A DNA stretch of 54,018 nt, the filler included, from Sphacelaria rigidula (lineage: Eukaryota): the NCBI GenBank assembly GCA_964200075.2. It is 3 parts of 3 records of this genome, joined end to end, with 100 filler letters (N's around TTAATTAATTAA, not from the genome) between each part and the next. Parts side by side here need not be neighbours in the genome. Positions count along the whole stretch, not along the records: positions 1 to 17,943 come from CAXNAA020000958.1; 2 more parts are not named here. One strand, given 5' to 3'. This document shows, piece by piece, positions 1 to 11,544 of this stretch. The notes beneath the pieces are model-generated. The model did no database searches, was not told the DNA's origin, and saw only the letters and a list, made by a program, of their open reading frames with translations. Positions within the stretch are counted from its first letter, which is position 1, and each line of letters opens with the position of its first letter. Made by a program: the position numbers and the translations under genes.

Positions 1-2044
1 TATAGAAAAAAAAAAAAAGGTTGAAAAGGAAAAAAGGAAAAAAAAGGCCCGCCTTTCGGCCCCTGGTACCCCCCCCCCCCCCCCCCTTTTTTTTCTTTCT
101 CTCCATCTTCCCCCTTCTTTTTCTCTCAAGTTTTTCTCGTCGAGTGTTTTCGCTTTGTTGACCTATGGTATGTCTATCTCGTGCACGACTCCCTCGTGCC
201 GACGACCAGATTCCTCGGGTATCCGTCCATATGCGACATATCAATCGAATCATGTACGATACATACACGCGGATTGTTTTTCTCGCTCCTGTCCTCGACA
301 ATGGAGTGCGTGCGCAAGGGAATTGCCGGGGGGCATCATCACCCCGGCTGCCTATTTCTCGCATCTTGTGCGACGGATTAATGTGACGAACTGTAGTCAG
401 TTGTGTTGTGCGTCTCCGCGGACGAAATGGCCGGTGACTGCCTTCAGGGATTAGCAGGGTTGTGGCTTGGTCAGGCTGGGGTGCGTTTGCATGCATGCGC
501 TTTGCTGCTGCCGCCCAAGGGCTTCCGATAAAAGAAAAACGCGACGTAAGAAGTATGAGCGTTTGATATTCGTGAAGCTATGACGTGCTTCTTCGACCCC
601 CCTCGACAAGGTTCGAGATGTTGGTACTATGATCGTGAGATGAACCAGGGTCGGAATCACGGTGTCTTCGGAGGGGGGCGGGGGTACACGAGGTCACAGC
701 ACTGTATGGATTGTGCCAAAGCTGCCTATGACCGTTTCAAGTGACTGCTGCTGCATTATCGACGTTTGAAGCACCGTCCCCTCACCGCGCACACTCTCCC
801 CAATCTTATTGTTGGATGCGTTCGCGTTTGGATCTTGGTCTGGCGGACACTGATAGGTGGAGGAATGGCCCCCGTTTATTGACACGCTGGATTATATATT
901 CCATACTCCTGGTCTCACTGCTACGAAGGTACGTGGTCCGAAGGAAAGGCACGGTGCAAGTGGGTAGGCGAAAGTGCGGTGCGGGGTTGGCGCGCGCGCG
1001 CGCGCGTGTGTGCGTGTTGAGTATCACGAGTGCGATGTTGTGATTTGTGTCTGTTGCGAAACGTCACCGGTCGGCACCTTCGCCTGATCAAACGAGGGGA
1101 TCTCTAGCTTTGGGCGTATATCTATGGTTGATTTTTTCGCACAAACTAACAATAACAGTAACCCTAACCCTCACCCCGACCCAAGGCGTACGAGAACCTC
1201 GGGCAAGGAGAGTGCAGAGGTTCCCCTGGCAAAGGGTGCGTTGACAGACCTCAAATCGACGCCGCAGGCGCCGATTTCGACAAAAACCCCCGTTCTGGAT
1301 GAGCTGGGTCCACTGCTCACCTGGCCCAAACCATCCAGTTTTTCAGAACTTTCTCCAGTCTATAATAAAGTATTTATCCTGTCAACCATGGATATACGCC
1401 CAAAAGTCATACACTTGTGTGGAGAAACTTTCCGTCCCGTTGAGTTTTGCAGGTCTCGGATCGGAAAAAGCAACGCGTGTATGACCCTGTCGTTGTGTTA
1501 TCGGTGTTAGCAGTGTAGCTTCACCTGCTCATTGAAAGTCCTACTGCGCTTTCGTACGTAAACTTCCATAAAAAAGGGATAATTTCTCTTTTGGACGGAC
1601 TTACCTTTCTGTATACAATACACCTGTACGCACATAGCGTGTTTTTCCGTTGCGCAATGTCAGGCTCCGACTATGTGTGTGTTGTGTTGTCGTCATCCCA
1701 TTATAGTACACCTTCCGATATATGTGGGCGCATCAGCCGGGGTTATACAGGAGGAAGGTCAACGCAGGAGTTATTTATTTTTTGTTCAGTTTTATTACAG
1801 GGGAACATTGTTATTAATAGTAGGAGTATCACAAAAGTAGTATACAGGATTTGAGGTACGCCAACACGAAAAAAAATCACAAAATGGACCATCATTTCTT
1901 ATGTGCATTTTTTTTTTTTCGCTGGCCGCTGACCGCGGGGACCTTGCGGTTCCTCCGAGCTATCGTTGGTTGAAATCGACCGATAAACGCGCTGCTTACG
2001 TCCGTCCATGTATCCACTCGTACTAACAAGGTTCCCCCGTAAAA

Positions 2045-2280
2045 GTACCCCACCTTCCTTCTGCGTTGCTTGCTTTTTTACTTTAACGCGAGAAGGATTC
2101 GGCGGTCCCTTCCCCTCGACGGCCGTGAAGTCGAATTTCACGTACCCACGACAAAGTCGCTCTCCACTGGTGGGCATGGTGTGGGAAACAATAATTTATC
2201 GTGTGCCTTGACCAAGATTCGAACCCACGCCCCAATGGTCAGAAGGTTTTAATGAGGTTGCCAACTGAGCCACCGGGTAT
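2045..2280 (-). mobile_element. tRNA-derived SINE, family A, copy 1
   Basis: Minus strand begins CCCGGTGGCTCAGTTGG (Pol III A box) then GGTTCGAATC (B box). The body (GCGGTCCCTT..GTACCCACGACA..GTCGCTCTC on plus) recurs near 22.9, 50.7 and 53.6 kb. Confidence 0.75.
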
Positions 2281-4556
2281 GCGATTGATGGTGTGATAGG
2301 GGTTGGAGATATCAGCAATCACTACAGGGTCGTCTCTGACGACTCGTGTACTGGAGCATGACGCATTTTTCGTGGAACTATCTTGTGTTTCGACTTTTCC
2401 CATCTTGCTGTTGCTGCTGCAGGTCCTGCCGCTGAAGCACCGAGACGAAGTCAAGGGTCCCTTTCCAATAGAAACTGAACCCTCCGATCACGTGCTGCTC
2501 GCCGCGGAGTACAGGATGTAGGTGAAAAAAGTTAGAGCCAACACCGTCGCCGGAGGATGATGTAAAAAATTCTTCACGCTCATGGTAGTTTCAGGAAATA
2601 AGACAGCAGGCACCGTTGGTATTGAGTTAGGTAAATCCCAGCACATGTGCCCCTTTGCCTAGGGGGAGGACTGGACGGGGGGGGAGGTGGGGCGGGGGCG
2701 ACGGAGGGTTCTCATGTCTTGTATGATTGAGCTGTTACGTTGACCGTTGACTCACGTATCTTGGAAATGATGGAGTACTGCCGGCACCGGAGTTGTGCGG
2801 TGTTCGGTAATGTGTGGTGTGGTGAGGAATGAGCTCAAGCCCTCGCTTGTCGGTTGTGCTGTGCATTAATTTTGTGCTCGGAATTGGCGATGCAGGTAAT
2901 TAGATGCTGGGGTGCGGCTTATGCTTGAGGCAACGTTGTTTACTTTGGTGCGATGTACTGTAGTGTAGTTATGAAGGCTCGACGCAAAATTCTGTGCATG
3001 GTGATAGCAATCAACCGAACGGCCGGTGCTGTTTGTACGCTGTTTTGAAAAGACTGTTGATATTTTAGCAGGCCTGTACAAGTGTCATTACTGTGTTTTT
3101 TCAGAAGACAAACTGTTCAGGTTGTTGAGTTACATGACGTGCATGCTGCCTCGAGGAAAAAGCTTGGAAGAGATGGTGGTTGACGTTCCAGTAGCACATA
3201 ATTCGCGTAATGGGTTATTCGAGAATGTAAATACCCGGTGCTTCGCACATCACCAATATTTTGCGATAGACTATCTGCTTTTTGCCGCGTTGCCGGCACC
3301 TACGGTAGTAGTGCTGTGTCAAGGCACCTACCTTATGTACGTCCCCTTGACAACACCTCGCGGTGATGGATTTCCGATTATCCTGAAGATCGTCGTCCGG
3401 GAGTGCGTTGGACTGTGTATGCTACTGAAGGGTACAATGGTGGTAACAGAAACCGGCTTCTCTGCCGTGTCATGGAGCGTGATTTTCGATTTTCGGGGAC
3501 AAAAACTGGATTCGATGAAGCCCTTCGGTAGCAACCGTGCTGGTATAGACGGACCTCAGAGTGGGTCGTGGGCAGCACGAATTTCTGTAGGGTGCACCGT
3601 ATATATGCAAGTCTTTTTAACATTCGCCTCCCAGCATATTTTCCCCCATGGTTTTGAAAGTGTAGGCGTGCTGTTTCGCCGTCGTGGTGAGGTGATGTTG
3701 AACCATGTGGTTGCACGGAGTAGACAATCCGCAGACATCACAATCTCGTCACGAATTGGTGAGGGGGGCTATGGAACACGAAGCACACCGGGGCACCGGA
3801 TAGCGAAAAATGCGGGGGAGTGTGCGTGCGGAGTGTAGAAGCACTAGTAATACAGTGATGCCTTCCCATTCCAGTCGGACCTGGGTCGTAACGTCCTCAA
3901 GAATTCATGACCAAGTTTGTGACTTCTCGAACACCCCTGGAATTGTCGCGTTGATACCTGGTCGTGCAGCACTAGTACAATACTAGGGGCGGGAGGAATG
4001 CTACGGTAGGGGTGCATTTTTTTTGCGAAATCTTGTCTGGTTCAGGGGCTCCTGACGATTCTAGATGCACAAGAATATGGATCAGAGCATCCCCGTTTCC
4101 AGATTCATTCGGGATATCCCCAGCACATTGGAATAGTAATCCTGGCGTATTCTCGCTTATTTTCATAAGTCGTGTTTTAGATGAGATGAAGGGCTCCTGA
4201 CAATTTTGAACTCGGAAAATATTGGTGTACCCCCTACCGTAACATCACTCGGAGACATTTGTGACGATACACTCGGCGTGTACACGTGACCAATCGGCTC
4301 CCATCCAGCATTCTCTTTTTTCATCCCCTCAAGAGTATTCCGTACTGTAGTACTGTGCTTTGATCGCTAGTGCTTGCTCGAGAGTATTTGCGATCCTCTG
4401 CAATCCTGTGGAAGGCTTGTTTGCCTCCAGGGGAATATGAGCCCCCTGGTCGTTTCGCATACCGCACGGATATACTCTGGAGCAATGTTGCAGACGTCGG
4501 ACGAACCATCATTCGTCGAGACGAGTACACTCTTTAAAGTTATTCGAAACACGACC

Positions 4557-4720
4557 ATGACTCGTGCGCTCGAGTTACTATTATTTCTCAACCAGCAATG
4601 ACTCGAGTGATCGCACTATTCGTTTTTATTACAACGAGCTGTGACTCGAGTGCTCACCCTATTCATGTTATCCGGAACGAGCAGTGACTCGAGAGCTCGC
4701 CCCATTAATTTACGGCCACT
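4557..4720. repeat. Degenerate ~43-bp tandem repeat (TGACTCGAGTGCTC core), about 4 units
   Basis: TGACTCG recurs near 4558, 4599, 4642 and 4685 with similar intervening sequence. Confidence 0.6.
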
Positions 4721-5888
4721 GAGCATCCCAACGAGCACGAGTGCGATGTGTACAATCGTAAACCTTCGGCCTATTTTCCAATTGTTCGTAGTAGTCTTGA
4801 CATATCACCCTAGTGGCCTGAAGGGACTTCACATGCTGTATGCTCTGGAATGGTCTCGACAGGTAGATGAGGTATGTGCACTCATTTCTTTTCGGGAGTA
4901 GGAGAACGACCGGTTCTTCGGTTTCAGTAAAATGCCGTTATGTCATGGAAAAAATGTCCGTTACTACATGTTTTTCGGGCAATGGTCCAAAAAAGGAAAT
5001 TTTCTCGTGTTTGGCTGAAGAACGGTGCGAACAACGGCCAGAAGTGGGAAGACAGCCAAACACGCCATTTTCACCGGGGGGTTCACGCGCCAGCTTCAAC
5101 CATGACGCCCACACATTCGGCTCTTTTCCCGCTCACAGTCTCCACAACGTCGACGTGCATGACTCTTCATGTTATCATGACTCTGTGGAGTTTGAAATAT
5201 ATTCCGATGTACTCAAGGGGGAGAGCCGAGGTGCCACGTACTCCCAACGATGGAACCAATGGTACATGTTCACCAGTGAACGTGCCTGGCGGATCACCTT
5301 CGTTTCGTGGATTGTATCAAAAATATGTTTGCGGGACTCCACGAACGGGTAATCGATTCCCTTCCGACATGCATTATCTGTCCTTTTTCATCCGTCTTTC
5401 CACAGTGTGGACAACGCAATAACTATCTTCATTTACACTACGGACAATCGACACAACTCCGGTCTGGCTTACCCGTACAGAGCAACAAACTTTCGCCCTC
5501 GACAGCCTCCGCACACGTACTACTTCGTCGAATGCTCCCGACCCCCGTTCTAACTAATTTCTCCCATTATCACAATTGCGCTTGTTCCGATCTACAGCTT
5601 GAACATGCAAGTGCATCTAGCCGATATGTACACAGTATCTCCAGCTCACCAACCATCCAGGCTAACGACGTGATGATACGCCTCATAACCCGTTGGTTGC
5701 GTCGTACTGTCAAGAATGCTGGTAAAGAGCCCAGAAAAACCCCATTTACCTACCCCCCATCATAACTCAAGACGTTTCCTGATGGGTGTACAAGTCGGGG
5801 GAACAGAAAAGATACTAGGTCACCTACTACCCATCCATCGAAAAGATACAAAAACAATTGGGGTAGTAAAAACACGAGTACAAAGCGC

Positions 5889-8800
5889 TTAAGCTCCACA
5901 GGATAAGCATTCCGGTTCCTCCTCTGGCTCCTGCGCCTCTGCTGTGTCCGCTTTCTTCCCTCGTGAAGCCTTCAGCGATGACTGGTCCACAGTGAACTGC
6001 AAATGTTCATTTACGCGGGCAAGATATGGGGACAGTGGAATGAGTAATGTTGACAAATTACGAATGCTTACCTCGATTATTCTACAAACGCCCAACCCAC
6101 GTATCAGTTGAGTAATACTTTACATAAACCAATGAGGGGTTATTCGAATGGTTAGATACCCTCGCCTGTTTCGTGGCCACCGATCATGTCCTAGACAGCG
6201 CAAGTACGGCCAATCAATCTTCGGGTACCATCTGATGGGCTGCTCCTTTACGCGTCGACCCAAATTACTCAAATTTAACCAACGTAAACACACTCACTCC
6301 GCACGGACCTGGATTGCATCAGCCTTGGGGCGGGTGCGGAGGTAGTACATGCCAGTCTTGAGGCCCTTTTTCCATGCGTAGAAGTGCATGGATGATAGCT
6401 TTCCGAAAGATGCCTCCGCCATGTGCACGTTCATCGACTGAGATTGGCAAATGAAAGCTCCTCGGTCCGCCGCCTGGAGACATTTTGGTGCGATGGTGAC
6501 GACCGCAACGGACGAGATGAGAATTCAGTTCGAAATCTTTCCCGGAGGCCTACTCGAGACGCGCCGGATGACAGTTACCTTCCGACTGACATGCATGTGG
6601 CATCAGGCGACTCTCGGGCACAGTCCCACGACTACGGGGTCGAGAACAAGACACCGCCAAAACACACCTGGTTGAGGATGAACTTCTGCTTAATCTCCCA
6701 CACCGTCTTGTATAGGTTCTTGAGTTCCTGCGGGATCTGCCTGACGTTTTGAACGGACCCGTGGTCGGCAATGATCTGATTCCGCACCTCCGGCGTCCAC
6801 AATCCTCTCTCCGTCAAATCCGTTAGGAGATATTTGTTCACGACGGTGAATTCCCCCGCCAATACCCGTCTGTTGTACATATTGCTGCGACACAGGAGCG
6901 CGACCGGGACATGAGAGAGGAACATGTGGAGGTTACGAACGCACATGAATACGCGCTAGCGGGAGTCCAAACGACAATTACTGGGATAAGCATGCTTCTC
7001 TCATTTGGCAGCACCCACGAAATCGTAGCCGGTGTAGACAAACCTCATTCCTCCATTCCTGCTCACCTTGTGAAGGGCTCAACGCTCTCGTTGTTTCCGA
7101 GAATCTGCGCTGTGGACGCTGTGGGCATCGGCGCCACGAGCAGTGAGTTTCGCAGACCATATTGGGCCATCCTTTCCTTGAGACCCGCCCAATCGTGTCT
7201 GTCCGATGGTGTTACGCCCCACAAGTCGAATTGCAGCAAGCCCTCCGACGCTGGTGATCCCTCGTACGTTTCGTACGGCCCCAACTCGCGCGCAAGCTTT
7301 TGACGAAAGGAAAAAGTGAAAGCGGGTTCACGGGAGATGGGTCTTCAGAGTGTATGAGAATGGAATCGATGTGCTCATCATACTGCGGGACACCACCCGA
7401 TGTGATACCATATGTAAGGGAAGACTTGGAAAATGTTTGTGAGCGCAACGGCCCGCTTCTCGTGAGTACGAAGGTGAAAGAGTGCTTTAGCCCGACTGGA
7501 AGTACGACGAGTCGAATTCCCGTCAAGGGAAGAGGGTTTGGGGCAATCAACATGAACCGTACTCATCATATTGCGGGGCACCAACCGTGATGTAATAGCG
7601 AATGTAAGGGAAGATTTTGCAAATGTTTGCGAGCGCAACGGCCCACTACCCGTGAGTACGAGGGTGAACGAGTGCTTTAGCCCGACTGGAAGTACGACGA
7701 GTCGAATTCCCGTTACTGTATGCGCAGTTCATTAGTGAGTTTGGCAACGGGTAAATCTGCCAGCCCCACAGTACCTGCGCAAAATAAACCCCACAGCAAC
7801 TGTCATCAGTGAATACTTACTCGGACGTTAATGTGTAGGCAAAACTGTCCCCAGGAGAGAAACGGCGGAAAGGGTTGTTGGATGGCAGGTGGGCATGAGG
7901 TTATCCTAGCACACGCGGTTCGCCGGTTATTCCATCGGCACAATATCAGCAGGCGGTTCAACGAAGGGACTCCTTTATGCTCGTGAAAAATATCATCCGG
8001 GAAGCTCGGCTCACCTCTACGGAGGCGTTCACGGCGCCGAAGTAGATGGTTTCGAAGATGTCCTTGTTTAACTGGGCCGCCTCCGGAGACTCGAAGGGCA
8101 AGCGCATCTTGATGAAAGCATCAGCAAGACCCTTGGGGGACGGACGTAGAGGTGAAAAGAGTATAAGGCACACGTTGATTTCATTTATCACTCGAAGTGA
8201 AAGTGAGGGAGAACGCACCGGTGGAGAGTGTGTTGAGTACTGCTTCCGTGTATGCTTCCGTCACTCGATTGTGCAAGGTAGTACCATGGGAGGAATACAG
8301 CACTGAAGAAAGTGTTTGCGAGCGCAACGGCCCGCTACCCGTGAGTACGAAGGTGAACGAGTGCTTTAGCCCGAATATGGAGCTACGACTTGCGTCGAAG
8401 CCCGGTTTTTATATGCGCAGTTGATGGTGAGTCTGGCAACGGGTAGATCTGCCAGCCTCGCAGTACCTGCGCACAAATCACTACAGAACATGTCGACATC
8501 CCCTCCGACATGGGATGAGCGTTGACGGTCGTCAGTCGTTGTTCCTTCAGTCCACGTAGATCACAACTGATACGTGAGTGTCGACAGAATGAGGAGTTAC
8601 GTGAATATTACACGCGGATGGTACATGGAAACATACCTGCACCCCGATGCCGATTGGGCGGTGACGCATGTTGGAGTTCCGCGCTTCCTCGATGGGATAA
8701 TAGTTGACTTCGATCACCCTGTTCAGGTTTCGTGTCACCACCTCGGCGATGTGCTGCAGCTTCTCGAAGTCGTAGGTCGCGTTGCCCTCGGTGACTTCAC

Positions 8801-11544
8801 CCCCCATGCGTCCGTTGGGTGACGACGGCACCGTCGGTGCTGGAATGACTAATGCCGAGAGGTTGATGCTCGCCAGATTACACACAGCCACCTGATTTTT
8901 GGATTTACAACACACAGCAAAAGTGCCGAGAGGTGTTGAGAGAAACACCTTACTGCGAGGACATCGAGGGCGACGCACAATCAAAGTAGGGGGTATTCAA
9001 GTGCAAGACTCCATATCGTGTACATACCTCATCAGGGGCGGTGTATTCCACGATCTCCGTACAAAGGTTGGAAGACTTGATGGTGCCCAGATTCTTCTGG
9101 TTGCTCTTGAAGTTGCACGCATCCTTGTACAACATGTACGGCGTGCCCGTCTCGACCTGAGACTCGAGAATAGCATCCCACAGCACACGGGCCTTCACTG
9201 TGCGCCGGGAGAGGCCGGCCTGCGCCTCATATCTTTCGTACAGGTTCTGTTTCCGAAGTGAGAATTCAACGAGTTCCGAACAGGCAAGAATCCAAGTTAG
9301 AGCAATTACCGACTCGACGAATCTCAAGATACAGTATGCCTTCATCTTCCGCGTGCTCTTACAATACAACGCTCATACTTCCGGTAGTTTCTAACGACAA
9401 CGTACCGATCGAGATACAAGGGCCTCTTGTGTCATGGTTCAGGCACGAGAGTAGGGGAAAACCTCGGTCATCACTCACCTTAAATTCGTCGCTGTGTGTG
9501 TCGCTGAGCCCTGGCGCTTCGTTGGGACAGAACAGGTTCCAGTCACCGTCAGTCTCGACCCTCTGTGCAGTGTAGCAAAACGATTACAACATATTTTGAC
9601 GCGCGAAGATGAGGGCCGGAGCATTAAACGATTTGAAACGAATCACGCTTGAGTTCAGATGATGGCTGAGCGATTATTAGGTACATCACAATTACCTCCG
9701 GCCCTCACTCACGATTGCTCTGTACCCACCTGCATGAAAAGGTCGGGGATCCACATCGCATAGAAAAGATCGCGCGCACGCTCTAGCTCATTCCCGTGGT
9801 TCTTCTTCAGATCCAGGAAAGCTACAATGTCCGCGTGCCAGGGCTCCAGGTACACTGCGATCGACCCCTTTCGTTTCCCGCCTCCCTGCAGGCGGCAGAG
9901 AACAAGAGGAGACAAGAGGAGGGTTGTGAGGGGGGATCCAGACGGCAGGTTTCGAGCAGGGTTTTGAGTACACGGGATAGCACAAGACAATTACAAAGCA
10001 CCAAGCGCGGACTCCTGACTGACCTGATCCACGTATCGCGCCGTGTTGTTGAATACCCGCAGCATGGGTACAATTCCGTTAGAGGATCCGTTAGTGCCGC
10101 GGATGTACGAGTTCGCCGCTCGCACGTGGTGGATAGAGAGTCCGATGCCGCCCGCGTGCTTGGAGATCTGGGCACACTGCGATACAGGAAGAAGAGAGTG
10201 ACATCAAGGTATGCTGAGCGCAAATGAAAAAGTGGAGATTTTTGTTCGGAGAAATATCGGTCCTGAGATCTCCATCTAATATAACAGAACAAAATCAAGA
10301 GATCTATGCCTGGGAAAAGTCCATATCAAACTTCCATGTCTCGGAGCCCATTAATCCAACACACCTGCTTGAGGGTGTCGTATATTCCGGAGATACTGTC
10401 CTCCTTCATAGTGAGCAAGAAGCACGAGGACATCTGCGGCTTCGGGGTTCCGGCATTGAAAAGGGTTGGGGTTGCATGGGTGAAGAGCCTCTGGGACATG
10501 AGGTCATACGTCTCGATAACCTTGTCGATGTCGTCCTTGTGGATACCAACCGACACGCGCATGATCATATGCTGCGGCCGCTCCACCACCTTGCCGTCTG
10601 CCTTGAGCAGGTAGGACCTTTCTCACGAGGGTCAAGCAAGGACACGAGCAACACCACGAGACGACACAGGACACGGAAATGAAACAACCGGACAAGGGGC
10701 TTGGCGATGAGACATGCTTATTTCCGTACTCAAGTCCACGTCCGAATTCGAACGAAGGCGTCATTTTTTCTCGTCGCACTTTTGCCACACACCTCTCGAG
10801 AGTCTTGAAGCCGAAGTAGTCGTAGTCGAAATCACGGTCAGAAATGATGGCCGAATTGAGGCGTTGCTTGTTATTTTGGATGATTCCGTACACGTCGTCG
10901 GCGATCAGTCCGGCCTTCTGCCCGGTCTTGGGGTGCACGTAGTGATACAATTTCTCGATCACATCACTGAACACCTGTGAGGGATGGGAAAACGGGGGGG
11001 GAGGGGGGATCCAGACGGAGCAAGTAGACGTGTTCAATTCCATGTATACGTGGTTCCGACGATAAATTCTGATTACACCCCTCATTGCAACATCCCAACT
11101 GTCGCTCAACACTAGAAATATTTTCGCTCGCGTCACCACCTTGTTCGTCTGCTTGTGAAGGTTAGAAACGGAGATTCGCGCCGCCAGCTTGGAGAAGTCC
11201 GGGTGCTGCGTGGCCATGTAGGCGGAAGTTTGAGCCGCTAGCTCATCCAGCTCAATCGTTGTCACCCCTGGGTATACGCCTTGAATAACCTGAATGAAAT
11301 AGCGGTCAAAGGAAGCATGAATTTCAACTATATGCGTCCAGTCGTTCAAAAAACATGAGGTGTCGTTGGATGATGCAAAATCCAGACACGAACGAGACAC
11401 CGTTCCTGCACAACTCACCTTCTGCGAGATCTTGGCGGAATCGACAAAACGGTTGTCTAGTCCATAGCAGAGCTTGTTGATGCGCGAGGTGATCTTGTCG
11501 AACTTCACGTCCTCCCGCCTTCCGTCTCTTTTAACGACGAACAT
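5889..11544 (-). CDS. RRM1: Ribonucleoside-diphosphate reductase large subunit (class Ia, R1/alpha), spliced, 14 coding exons, ~804 aa
   Basis: Exons read by hand with GT..AG boundaries and consistent phase: 11544-11419, 11289-11140, 10974-10793, 10617-10365, 10176-10024, 9885-9730, 9562-9479, 9246-9028, 8891-8637, 8131-8015, 7296-7067, 6884-6668, 6473-6309, 5996-5889 (TAA). The product has the ATP-cone start [33 protein letters not shown] (catalytic Asn/Cys/Glu), [27 protein letters not shown] and the C-terminal CxxC (CLSCGA). The true start codon could lie in a further upstream exon. Confidence 0.96.
7431..7523 (-). ncRNA. 5'-truncated tandem duplicate of the H/ACA RNA (middle and 3' hairpins plus ACA only)
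   Basis: Part of a tandem duplication with ~190-bp period (7375-7523 vs 7562-7713). It keeps the pocket strands and ACA (7434-7436) but lacks hairpin 1 and the H box. Confidence 0.5.
7621..7781 (-). ncRNA. Intronic box H/ACA snoRNA candidate, full-length copy (RRM1 intron 8014-7297)
   Basis: Sense to the host pre-mRNA. Hairpin 1 closed by UGCGCAG/CUGCGCA, H box ACAGUA (7714-7719), small internal hairpin, 3' hairpin closed by CGGGC/GCUCG with internal loop, then ACA (7624-7626) plus 3 nt. Confidence 0.78.
8310..8473 (-). ncRNA. Intronic box H/ACA snoRNA candidate, paralogous full-length copy (RRM1 intron 8636-8132)
   Basis: Same architecture: H box AUAAAA (8407-8412), middle hairpin CGAC-GCAA-GUCG (GNRA loop), ACA at 8313-8315. 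Similarity to the 7621-7781 copy starts at the 5' stem and stops at the ACA box. Confidence 0.78.

Noticed and set aside
1-130. Purine then pyrimidine homopolymer tracts (and the poly-G near 53945)
   Set aside because: Low-complexity sequence at window ends, possibly low quality.
1159-1182. TAACCC telomere-like repeats
   Set aside because: Only two perfect units, internal position.
2205-2280. tRNA gene (also ~24460-24537)
   Set aside because: A and B boxes present but no clean cloverleaf, and attached to repeated bodies, so SINE heads.
3026-3838. 270-aa plus-strand ORF
   Set aside because: GTG start, no recognisable domain, no splice or codon-bias support.
4557-4720. Palindromic CTCGAG repeats at ~43-bp spacing, CRISPR-like
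   Set aside because: Spacers resemble each other; a degenerate minisatellite.
7621-7781. U17/snR30 identity or a dNTP-sensing riboswitch
   Set aside because: The m1/m2 motifs are absent; H box, ACA box and a 14-nt-spaced rRNA-complementary pocket explain the conservation better than an aptamer.
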